Below are positions 48,301-61,100 of a stretch of DNA of 64,000 bases, in pieces (position 1 is the first letter of the stretch; every line of letters starts with the position of its first letter). Source of the stretch: Catajapyx aquilonaris (taxonomy: Eukaryota). The stretch covers positions 62,001-126,000 of the forward strand of contig KZ537973.1 of NCBI GenBank assembly GCA_000934665.2, in the 5' to 3' direction. The translations under genes were made by a program, and so were the position numbers. The notes beneath the pieces are model-generated. The model was not told where the DNA came from and did no database searches. It saw only the letters and a program-made list of their open reading frames with translations.

Positions 48301-51300
48301 TATTGACCATTACTTCATATTAGAAGCCCCAACTCCAATAAAAATTACTGCATGATACGGCTAAAGAAATTCAGCAAGTCCTCTTGCAGATCTGACCAGA
48401 ATGGACCAAAATGTGCGTCATATTGTCAACAAATGTTAATTGACCTGGCGCCAAATTCAAACACATGTCCTCTGTCGCTGCCCGCTCACCCTTCTGTTCT
48501 TTAAAAAAAATGCTGATTAAAATTTCGCGCTCATTTGCTTAGGTAATGGGGGTGCAGGTTTGCTGTGTCGGGAGCAGCTGCCGTTCTTGTCACAAAGTTG
48601 CCGAGGTGTCATTCTGGAACATGACGAAAAAAAAGAGAGAGAGATGGAGGGAGGGAGGACATCCCATGCAAAATTACAACTGCGCACATTTTGGAAGTGT
48701 TCGGGTCTCGTGGAAAAGTCATGGAGTTGGCATTGTTGCATTGCGGGGCCATGTGCTGCGAGCCTCAAAGTTGATCTGGAGCCAACCGGGTTTATATTCG
48801 GATTTTGGAAAGTTGGATGCGAGCAGTGTGAGGATATGTCCATTGTAAGCAGGCGATAGTATCGAGAATGATACTGACCGGCTGGAAAATGCATCGAATA
48901 ATTTATGCTTTGGACACCGTGCCAATTCCCATCTATTTTGGCTGCAAAACAACCCACGCCGGGGTTTGCCCCGGGGCAGTCCCCTCAACCCCCGGGGTTC
49001 GCCCCAACCAACTCGACCGCTAACACTATCCTGTATTTTGCCCGTGGGCCGACCGATGGAATAGTTCTTGTCAGGGCTGCCATAATGTGACATTTTTTTT
49101 GTCTCTTAATTTGTTTTTATACCAGGTTGGGGTGTCTGCATTATTTATTTTCCGCCTGTTGTTTTGTTGATTTTAATTCAGTAGAGCACCGTTGGCACAT
49201 CTGAAGTTGTGAAGTGAAAATGGTCCCCTCCGGATAACGTCACCTGCTCTTACAAGTTGGAGCCAATGGCAGGCGTGACGCGAATCAGGAAATTGGCTGC
49301 ATCAACTTGATTTCGCCGCCTTTCCTCCCCAAATTTTTTCTCTTCTCCACCCGGCCGCCCTTCGGAGGCAACCAACTGTGCTGGGGGGCGATGAAATATT
49401 CATCAGTTCATAACTGTCCAGTCCTTTCATATCGGCTACCATTCCCAAACCCGCCTTCTTTTTTTGTGTGTGTATGTCCCTTCCCAGTGCGGTATATAAA
49501 AAAAGAGGAGGGCAGCGTAAGTGTTTACGAGCGTCGGAAATTCTGCTAACATACGAGCTCCTTTTGAAATCACGCCTGGTGTAAAATAAGCCCCTTTGGG
49601 GTTGGTCCCCCCTTCCAAAAACAAGGCAAAAAAAAAAACGTTGGGAGGAGAGTAACTTGATGCTCTTCCACCTGCTTCCCCATCAGCATGTCACCTCCGG
49701 CAGTACCAATGAGGTCTTCATGTCTGCACTGGGTGTGGTATTCCCCTCTGAATATTCAGTATGTGTACAGTCAACACCCTATACACCTACAGTTAATTTC
49801 TGTTACGTAACATTTCCACTAAGCAAATTCCAATATTTTCCTGTGGCCTTAGTTGCCCGAGCCTCACCCGCAATAAACTCGAGAATCTGCATTGATTCAA
49901 TTGAGCTGGTGCTTGCCTTCTCCCCTGCTTTTGGAGACTGAATCAGCAGCATTTGGCAGTGAATGTGGAAAAGGGGTGGTTGGGGGGTGGAAGTGAATTG
50001 GGGAGAGGCTGCGACATCGCGTCCCTGCAGTAGTTATCGCCTGATAGAGTGCGGAAGCCAGCAGGATTGCAGCCTGCTTTTCAAGAGCACTCATTCAAAC
50101 GGACTTGCTCGATAAAAGCCAGCCAGTCCTTCGGGTCAGGGACTACACGATAGATATACAGATAGTCTATAGCTAGAAAGGGATAAAGGAGGGGTATAGA
50201 AACCATGAAAAAACCCGCATGCCAACTAGGTGTCTGATTCTATGGATTCTATTCAGTCTATGTGATTTCTAGTTTTTTTTCTCTCCACCCTTTGGATGGA
50301 TGGTATAGGGCGGAGGATCACAGGACGTTGAACCCCCTCCAATGATTGATGACTCAGAACAAGACCCTTCCTGGAGGCTGAGGCCGGAAATCGCGAATGT
50401 AGATATGCATCCTTGCATAACATGTGCTGGGTGTTGCACGCCAGATGCGACGCCGCCAGACAACGTGCCAAATAACCACTTCTTAGCATTTATTTTTGTT
50501 GACTTGCCAGCATGTGTGTAGCAGGTGTAAGAGGTCATTCAACATCTTTATCCATTGGCATGCTGTGAGAGGATACTGAGAGATAATTCTGCAACGAATC
50601 ATAAGCATTGGAAAAATAGTAACAAAGCTCACATTTTGAACAGGAATGTACCTTGGTATGTTACCACGTGTGGTTCCTTCCGCGTTGCAGACATACCTTT
50701 GGCTGGAATGGATGGGTCCAGCAGACACCAAAAAACGAGCTTGCCACGTTGTGAAGGTTAATTGATATCTGGCTGCAATAATTTTTTGAGTCTGGGAGAA
50801 GGGGCAGGAGAGGGGGGGCTGTCAGCATGCAGGGTGGTTCGAAATGTGCTTAACCCCCCGGCGCGGGGGCCGAGGGAATGAAACACGATATCCCAGCAGC
50901 AAGCCACATATCACGTAGACTCCAGTGCAGTTCGGATTCATTTGGAGACAACCCTTGTATTTCCCAGGACTCTTTTTTTTTTCCCCTCATGTTCATCCTG
51001 CTTAGTAGAGGTCCTTTTTTTCCGGTTGGAGGAAGTCGCAGTGCGGGAAAATCCGATACGCGTCTTAAATCTGCGGCCCGTCATAACCTGGGCCCCATTA
51101 TGCAGCTTGGAGCTGTTACTCTTTTGTAAATCCCCTCCAGTTGGCTGGAGTCCACTGGGGAAGAGGACAAACTCTTGTTTCCTCCACCTTTTCTTGCCCA
51201 GGAACGGTATAAATTCGGGGCTGATAATGAATACTCTTGGAGGGGACTGCCTTGCCATGGGGCCCCCCCTTGGCTTAAATTAACCTGCATTGCGCTCGAA

Positions 51301-54300
51301 TTAGTGAGGGCCCCGGTATTAATTAGTCATGAGGGTGGAGGGATTTAGTGCTGGTACAAGTGGAGCTAAATTATTATATGCGATGCCTTTTTATTACCAG
51401 GATTTAGTGTAAAAGCCCTGCAATCAACCTGTCATTGGGTTTATTGTTACATATTTTTTGATCGAGCTTGATTGTTAATACGGGCTGTGCTAATTGACTT
51501 CATGTTGATGAGGTGCGATGGGATGGTTCGCATTCATTGCTTTCATTTTGTCTTTTTTTATTTTGCGTGTGACACTGAAAATTTCTGGAAATAGTGTAGT
51601 AACAAAAAATTGTAGAAGTATGAACGGCTGAGAATGTGGGTCAAAATATTGCAAATTTTTGCAATAATTTTCAAAGTGCCGCAGGAATCGATTGGCATTA
51701 ACAGGAATTTTGATTATGATAGCAAATTGTATATGGTACCCCAACTTTGCGAGTTGCACACTGTTCACTAATGAAATTGATGATGACGCAATAAGTACTG
51801 CTTGCGTAGTGTGTGATATCCTTTCAAATGGATATTCAGCGGGCAACCACGAGTGCGCAATTATCAATCTCATTAAATGTCAGGTCTAATGAACAATATA
51901 TGGAACAGTTGAAATTGCAAGGGGAATTAAAATACAAGCACCTGCACATTACAATCGCTTCTCTTGTACGTTTGTTATTCGCAAGTTTCAGTTATCATAA
52001 TGCGGAATATATTTTTCACTGGAAAATATTAGTACATTTTTCCTTTCAACTACAGGCACGCCTTTGTGAAATGAGAAACTACAAGAAAAGTCTGTTCTAC
52101 TGTCTCATGGCAAATTGTTAATGACTACGCCGTATTATAAGCTCATAACGTGGAATTGGTGCTCCGACGCGTAAAGCCGCTTTTCAGATTATGCCCCGAG
52201 AACTATACATCTCTCGACTTGTAACCATCTCAAAAGCATTGGTTTTTCGAGATACGGGCATTGCTAATTATTACCAGCTCTCTCTCTCTCTCTCTCCCTC
52301 GGCTCTGAAAAGGAGCTTTGTAAGCCCTCCCAGGGCTCAGAAAATTTTGTCCTTGGCAAAGTCTGAGACCCAATATATTCTGTCATCCTGCGATGTTACA
52401 CTGGCTCTACTTTTCAGTTCCGTTGTGCTGAAGTATAACCTCGTAGGATGTGTGCGGTTGGCCCTCATGCTCCTCCCGTGCGACAGAATGGTTCGAGTGA
52501 ATGGAAGCCCATAATTATGGCCTAATTATAATTGTCAGATGCGGGCATGTTCCTTAATTGTTTTAATTATTCACCGGTGTCTGTCTGGGGTGTCTAGCCT
52601 GCAGTGTTATCGCACTTTTTGATATTCAGTCGAGTCGGAACACAGGCGTATAAAGGATGGTGAATGGCGATATCAGGGTAATGGGTGGTGGTGTTATTAG
52701 GACTGCGCATCCTGTCCGTTTTAAGTCCCCCCCACCACCAACCAGGCTTCCTTTTGGCAGAAATATCGGCTCATCGATTATGCGGCCAAAGACAAGCGAG
52801 AGGAAGAGGAAATCGGGCCGTATATGAGGGATGATATGAGGCGTCGGATCTGGGGGGGAAGAGGGGGGGAAAATGGGGGTATCGATATCCTTCGGTGCAG
52901 AGGAAATGAAGGCCGATCATTTTTATAGACGTGCTATCTGCTACAACCCGCTGTTCGCACCCAATTCCTGGACCTGCCCTCACACAAATTCTTTTAAAAA
53001 AAAATTGTCGGTATTATGCAGGTAGCTAATTAAACGATGGGATTAGTAGAAGAATCAACAAGTATACTAACGAATCTGTGCACTAATGAGTAGAATCAAC
53101 GAGAATATTGGGAATTTGCCTTGTTTGAAGAGTGATGTAGCCGACTTGGCCAGTGCTGTCCACAATCCTGATTAAGCTGCTTTTTCCAATTATTTATGGA
53201 CCGGGGTCTGGGGCCAAATATGAGTTATGTCCTCCTTTATTGTGGGTTCTCGCCGTTGTCGACTAATGCGGCTAATTGGATCCCATCCCTTGACAACAAC
53301 CGGGGGAGAGGAAAAAGTATACCACCGACAGTAGCTCGCTTTGAATCTGGGGCCCCTACCAAACCGGTTTTGCCGGCGGTTTTTTGGCATTGACATCTTT
53401 ATGTTCTTTCCTCTCGAAGAAAAAAAATATATCTGAGACTAATCCCCATCTATTTCCCCCCCCCCCCCCCCNCTTTCCTTCCAACCAGAACTTGTAGATT
53501 GGCACAATACGCCTTTCTTATCGTCCCGAGGCCACTCTGGGCCACAGATAGCGGAAATTGGTTTCTCCCTGGAGTCGCCCAAATATCTCAAATCTTCGAT
53601 TTCTTTACTCTCCTCCACCCCCCCCCCCCCTCACTTCCTTTTGTACATTTCTTCCTCGGGAGCCCAATGCTTGCAGCCTGAGGTATAGTTGAGCCTAAAT
53701 AATAACGTCCATGATTAATGGCTGGATATGATGGCTGCGGGAGCTGCGGAACTTCCCCCACACACTTTAATTGGTTTTGTTGTGGAGAACGATCGCCGTC
53801 TGCTACGTTCCTAACTTTGCTCTATTTTTTTTAGAGAGAAAGAGGGGTAGGGGGGCTGAATTTTCGATAGAGCATCCACAGGAGGGGGAGCCTTTCCTGC
53901 ATAACGAAGCCTATTTGGGCGAGCGGCTGATGGACTGCGGTTAGTTGGAAGCACGTAGCGTGCAACCTATGGCGTTTCGCCTTGTCCTGATATATCGGCG
54001 TGACACTGGATTAAATGGAGGGGGGTTAGAATCTATACATCTGCACATAACGACTTCCTAAACTGGGCCGATCCATTACGTAAATTGAGTTTGGTGGCAC
54101 GTGAACCTTGGTTCGTCTTCCACGCTCTTGTACGACGGAGACGTCGACATGGAACCACCGAATGTGATAAGATGTCCACACCCTTTCAACAATCCATTGT
54201 GGGGTCACCTAACACAAAATGTGATTTATTCCATCTCTGGGACTCAATTTGCCTGAGGAAGAAGGGGGCCCAGAAAAATTATGGTCACGTTCGGTTTATT

Positions 54301-55023
54301 GGGAGGGCTATATGGTGGGGGTGGGGCAGTGGAATGGGGTTTATCCAGCTGAGTGGCTCTTATTGAAAATAAAAATGGGGGGTCTCTCCCCCGGGAGTTG
54401 GACCCCCACTCGTCCTGAACGGATCCTAAACATAACTGGACGGACGACCTTCGAGCGTGAAATTGGGGACGGCTGATATTTTTCTCCGGGCTCGAAAATC
54501 CGGTCCTTACCCTCCACCCACGCTCAATTCTTCCACCTAAAGTCCACTTAATAGCTTCAAATCTGCATACTCGATTTTTTTGTACATTATTATTGATATA
54601 TGCTGAAAAACAACTGATATGCAAATAGGCAACAATTTGACGTAGATTTTGATATGTGATTTTTTTTTAACAATTAACGATTTGAAGCCCTGAATATCGA
54701 AATATCGATTTTTAACTTTCAATATCGGGCCAATTATTTTCCGAGTTTTATTTAATTTAAAAAGGCGAATCGGCCTATTTGCAGGTATTTGCAGGGAGAA
54801 CTGAAAAGGGTTTTTATTACGAACCGAATCTAGTCACATTTAAATCCGGATTTTTAAATAAATGGCTTGTATACAGGATGCTCGTGGAAGCGGCAAATTG
54901 GAGGATGCTATCAGTTTCGGACACGTTTTTTTCACTGATTGGCGAGCGACATCCAGGTTTGCAAAAAGATGCAAAAAAAAAATTGGCGGAGGGTGGGTGG
55001 GGGGGAAATGGATGGGGGGATGG

Positions 55024-55110
55024 NNNNNNNNNNNNNNNNNNNNNNNNNNNNNNNNNNNNNNNNNNNNNNNNNNNNNNNNNNNNNNNNNNNNNNNNNNNNN
55101 NNNNNNNNNN
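55024..55110. other. Assembly gap (87 N) flanked by G-rich runs
   Basis: Run of N between GGGGGATGG and a poly-G run. Confidence 0.98.
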
Positions 55111-58100
55111 GGGGGGGGGGGACCATGGGGGAACCTCTTCGGACCCAAAATGGCATAATCCCTTAATGGCGGTGTTGAGGCTCTCGTTTGCGGATTTTCC
55201 TAGTCCAAGGGTCGGCAGGGCAGAACCGGAATATGAGTGCCAAATGCAGCCAGGTTCTCTCTTTTTTTGTTCAAAAGGGTGGGGTGATGGGGGGGGAGGG
55301 GGTGACGATATTACCGAAGGGGGTTTGCAAGGAAGTACTATGCGTTCCATAAAGTTTTGGAAGCGTTTCTCAGATCAATTTGCGGATTGTGAATGGCTCT
55401 GCGGCAACGGATGGTCTCTAAGGTCATTTTGCACCCATTTGTGTGCTGCACTGGGAGTTGTTACCTCGGAATAATAATTTTGTTGTAATAAACTCAATGC
55501 GGATGTGAAATATGTAATTAAATTCAATACGAGCATATACTGAGAAAATTAGCCCTTTTATTAGAACAAGGACAGGATAGCAACATGAACAGTACGTGAT
55601 GTTTATATGCAAAAATATGCAAAATGCATTAATTTATATCGCGTTGTAATTATTGGTAACGTTAACTAATTGTACAGCAACTCATGCGGTTTGGGATCAT
55701 GTAGAGCAGCCTTGACAAGGAGGCAATTATTTCTCAATCATCATAAACAAGGATGGGGGACGATTTTAAATCGATTTTAACGATAATCATAATTTCGTTA
55801 TGTCAATTTCCGTAATGAAATATGCGCATGAAAATGATTGCGATGATGGCAAAATCGATGCACACCGAGATGATTTCATTTCCAGCGGATGCGGGAATGC
55901 AATCAGATGTCATTTTGGAAAACCCGCCATCCTGAAAAAGCGCATCGCCATGAATAACACCATTGTAATCCCCCCACTGAAACACAACCCAGTATTATAT
56001 GTGTCCAAATAGACTGCAACCAAAATTTTGGTTGTCATTTTATACAATATGGAATTTTTCCTCCAAAGGCAAACCGGCTGTCGGGGGTACATAAAACGAT
56101 GTTTCAGCGTATTGGCCTCAGAGATGGCCTAGTTGGAGCCTGTGTCTATACCAGATGACCTTAGGACATGCTGGCTGATCACCAGAGCTGATGGGGCGTG
56201 ACCCATCACCCTGGATAGGATCGGACACTTTGGCGAAGGAAGACCACCCCTGGTGAACAATACCAAATCAGTCACGATTGGCCAGGCGAAAAAAGAGGCC
56301 GCAGAAGTGTCGATAAGGCCATCCGGAGCCAATTAATGGCCGTGGTTAAATAAATGAGGCCTTACACGGAATGATTTCGAGGCATTTTAGATGCTAAGAG
56401 CCTGGGCGAATATTTCTTTAACGAGTCAATAAAGTTTGGCGATGGCCCGCCCGGTGGTTTAACTGCTCAATAAATGCGCCGTCCAATGAAAAGAGACTGA
56501 AGGAAGAACATCGAGATTTACAGCCGAGAAGACCTGCTGGGGGGTGATATGGAATCCATTCCCTTGTACTGAAAAAAATGCCATCCGTGTCTTACAAGAT
56601 CTGAGAAATTTCTTGTCATTTTTTCTGAGTTGAAGCGAGAAAGAAGGGGGGGATGGAGACAACTCTTAGCTGTGTGATACCCGCGAGTGGAAGTTTATTG
56701 ACTTTTACGGTTGGAAGTCGACTGTTGGCTGCCAGCCTAATTGTTGGCAAAGGAAATGGAGAGTGGAGAAAAGGCAGTGCATGGAGGAGGGGGGGGGGAC
56801 CCAGAGTGGTAAGAGAGAGGGGGGCAAATAGCATTGTGGTGTTGGTCCGGACTAAAATCTCGAAGGCGGATCTTGACAGCAACAAAGCATGCCAGCTCCA
56901 GATAACGTAGTGGAGTGCAACACACCTATCCATTTTCTCTCACCTCAATAAATAAACAAGCGTGGGTCTAAAAATAAGTGGCGAGGAGCGATTATTCGCG
57001 TCCACTTTGCGCCAGTGAAAACAACCATGGCACGTGACAGTGACGCAGTGCTGGGATTGACTCGACTCTTTTCTTCGGCAAAAGAGAAACAACGATATGT
57101 CACGAGTGGATTGATGGGCTGGTCACATAGGACTCATTTCCTAATTAATTATATCCACATTATTGTGCCATTGTAGTGGAAATTGTTCGGAATTTAGCGT
57201 TGATTTACTGCCCGTTTGTAATACCTGCGGAATTAAGCATTAATTGCGATAATTTTCGGCGCCTGTTTAGTCGCAAATAATGCGTTGTCAGGTGGAGAAA
57301 TGGGGCACGTTTAAATTCAGTAATACGAGCGGGTTATACGACGTAACAAACTTGAATTGTTGACGAGGGCGACAAGAGCATCCCAGCAAGTGTTGAAACG
57401 CTATTCTGCTGCTTACGAACATTTGGGGGATCCGAAAATGCGGGTCCTAATAGCCAGCTATGCCTGGCCATATATCAGAAGCTGCTTAGTCGGGAGTCGA
57501 AATTGGATCCGCCATTAAAATCCTTCGGGGCATAGTATAGTCGTATCCCCAGCCTGCAATTGCCTGTACCGTATCATCGGTCGCGGCTCCCAGACCCATT
57601 TAACCTGAGACCCAAAGATTAAACAGGTTGCAGCAACTGTTATTACAGGACTAATGGCCGCCTTTGTGCATGTTCCTACCCCCCTCCTCCTCCTCCTCTC
57701 CTGTTGATACAACTGGCCCTTAGCTAGGTTTATTATCTGATTTTCCGGTCGGCTGGTCTCGGAAGCGGATTATCCGCCTCCGAGCATCTCTCATTCTGTT
57801 TCGTCTTTTTTTTTTACTTCATCCTCCTGGTCGCATCCCTCACGTGTGCAATGCAGGTTTAGTCAATTTACCTGATTACCTGGCGAAACTGCTGGGAAAT
57901 GTTCTGTCCAAAGGAATTGCCTCTCATATATATATAGACTGGAAGAGAACTCGCAAAATGCATATAGAAGCATCTGTTTTAGGCAAAAAAATGCGCAATG
58001 TTTGATGTTTAATTTATTATTAATTTATGAATTACGTAAGCAGAGTTACCAGGATAGTAGCTGATGTGCTCCACTTGTTCGTGTTGGAGCTCTCCTTAGA

Positions 58101-61100
58101 TTATGCAAATGAATGAGACTTTTATTATTTTTTTGAGACTATAAATGGGGATGAATAGTGTCACGTCTTCCATCTTAATCACCTGCTTATTAGCCGGTCC
58201 TTCAGCGGCACAGTACCGTTTGATTAGCCCCACCTGCACATTGTCCTCGTAGGATGGGACCGCTTCAGAAGGTCATTAATTTTGTCATTCCTTGAATTAA
58301 GGACCGGTGTCGACTCAGACAGCCACCGATTTGGGCCGGAATGAATTGGGCAGTTTCGAATACCACGGGACACCTAACTCATCCGGTCCAATCCACGTGT
58401 CTCTGTTAAGATCACTTTTTTGTGTGTGTACATGATGTGCGATGCATTTTTGTACACCTCATATAAATTAGAGATCTGACGTCAGTGTTTAGTTTGAGAT
58501 AAGGCTGTGTATTTAAGCAACGTTACTTAACCCCTCACTTGTGATTGTCGCAACAGTGAGTGAGTGCTGGTTGTGCGCAACAAAACGAGGCTGTTAGGAC
58601 GCAATGGCCCAGGAGAATGAGGCTCGTTTCTCTGGCGCAAATCCTGTCGAGATGTGCCTGAAGGAGTTTGCCGCCTACTGGGCTTAAATCCGTCCGAATA
58701 GCATTAGGCAGCCAGCCTGGACTTGTCTCTCTCTGCCTCTTCCGTACACTTGGCCTAACTGGCACTGCTCATTTCACTTGAATCAGGCTTCCTCACCGAC
58801 AGGTCTGTCGCTGCAGCAGGCTCCCAAATCAGATTACACTGACGTCTGGATCGGGATTTACACCTGTCTTGTTGTAACTCGCGTCAGGCAATGTGAATCA
58901 TATCAAAGCGGATATGTGGTCGCTTTTGATTTCAATTCGTGTCATCCAATGACAGGCGGCTTGCCAATTGAATATATTTCGAGAGAATCTGAAAATGGGG
59001 ACGCAAAACGTAATGGCAAAAAAAAATTGTGAAGTAGCACACCCTGTACGCCTATAAATGGAGGGTAAATTCGAGTGTTACACCGCGTTTTTGAACGTGT
59101 CCATAAATCACCCTTAGTCGCATTTAGTGTTAAGATAAGTATCAGAAGATTAATTACGCGTGTAAGATTTGTCCCCACGTGGAAAAGGCTTATCGTAAAG
59201 GATTATAACTCATAAATCATAATCTCAGCCTGGCCTCCCTTCCAGTTAGGTTTGATAATGACCTTATATTTGAACCGAAATGGGGAACTCGAGCTTGGGC
59301 AGCGATGGAAACAGGCCAAGTTGTTACCCATGAGTAGGCCTGTTCTTGATCTTGGGATTTTATTTGGTCGAGAGTTCTCAAGTGGGTGACGTGTAACATC
59401 GATCCAAAAACCCCTTTCCTTCCCCCCTCCATATCCCGGAAAAAGCAGGGTAAACATAATAATCTAGAGCAGTTTTCATGGCTCCAAATATTTTTCTCCC
59501 TGTTTCTTCTGCAGTCCGTCAAAATCTTCCCTCGTGGCTTCGGCGTCTGTTTAATCAATCTGCCAACCAAATTGTGGCTAATCATCTCGTAATGGTTCCA
59601 AATTCACTCCAGAAGGTCAGCCCAGACATCACATGCACGTGCCTAACATGTTTAGCTCACATTTGGTACCATCAAGCATAACATGTCATTATCCTGACTG
59701 TCACCGGATCTCATAAATTATTGTGAGAATATGTGTATGTTTTAATTGAAGTTTTTGCTAATATTTTGCGGAAAAATCGTTTGTGAAAATTGGGTTAATT
59801 TGGCAAATCCACTAAGGGAAATGACGGCAATTTGGCGATTTTTATGTGGCGAAAATTGATGACCGCCTCAAAATAGGCGCACTTGTACAAGGACCTGGAA
59901 AATATCCATCGCGTGCGAGTAATCCGTCAAAGTCATTTTTCTCCACATCTCGTGTCAGGCTGGCAGACACACACAAGAAGAAGAACCTATCGGCACTTGT
60001 ATCAAGCCCAAGGCGCCGTAAACAATCCGTGGCCAATCCGCGGCTTTTTTCGCGTCTCCAGTTTTGTCATTGGCTCCCGATGGCATCGGTCCAGGAAATT
60101 TGGGGACAAACCCCAGTCATGTTTATCATCTTGTTGTTTATGCTATTCTGGTCCCCACGGGGTCCCAGACATTATCCTTCTGGGGTGGGCCAATTTTTAA
60201 AAGATCCGTGTACATTATTCTCACTTGAGGGACGGAAATCAAAGTAAGTACATTTCGAGGACCCATAAATTAGGCCCAATTAGAATCGGTTCCTGTTGCG
60301 GTGGCGTTTTTTTGGGCCGTAAAAACCGGGAGGGAGAAGTTCACAACGAGGACCAGACTTCTATTATTAGATGACCCTTGGGAAGAAAAGGTTTTTGTTC
60401 GAGGCTTTTTGGCAACATCAACGGAAGTGGTTCACGTGGTAATATTTGGGTTTGACTCGAAGGGGAAATGAACTGGCTACGGGCAAAAATAAGCAGATTT
60501 TTTTCATAAATATGACGAAACGCGATGCCTATTTTTGATAGGGAGAAAAGGACCGCTTTTTTTTGGCAAAGGCTTTTATGCTATTTCATTCAGCAGTGCC
60601 TCTGGCCAACTCTGGATGAATTGTGACATAATCATTGTTCGCCTGTAATGAATAAGCTTTTTATCCATTCAACGGGTCTAATTTTTAGCAAACTATTGTA
60701 CTCTTCTTGACCCTTGTATTCCGTTACTTTTTCCATAAGTTGAATACTCGTACATATTGAATTACATTTACGTAAGCATGTTCTGACTAATGAGCATCAG
60801 TGTGCCCGATTTGTGTGGGCATATACCTGCCTTTCTCTGCAGGCATGTATGTCACCTGCTCCCGAGTCAGTGCACGTCCACTGCCCTGTGCCCTTTTGTC
60901 TCCGAAGTTAATGGGTCTGGGGCTTGCTTCCCAGCAAGGAGGCAAAAAGAAAATCCGGATGCAGATCCCGTCTGGAGTGGCCTCCTAATCCCTATAGTGA
61001 TGGGCAAACCCTGTGATTTATGGGCTGTCTCCCATTTCATTATCCCCGCGACACCTTGGTCATTTCTTCTTCTTTTTTTTCCTGGGCCTCGACTCTCTCT

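Noticed and set aside
54555..54692. 10-bp inverted repeat GCTTCAAATC/GATTTGAAGC with a CAGGG-type end (possible hAT MITE relic)
   Set aside because: Too short, only one intact terminus, and no target-site duplication found.
54779..55474. ORFs spanning the N gap
   Set aside because: Their length is inflated by Ns and poly-G.
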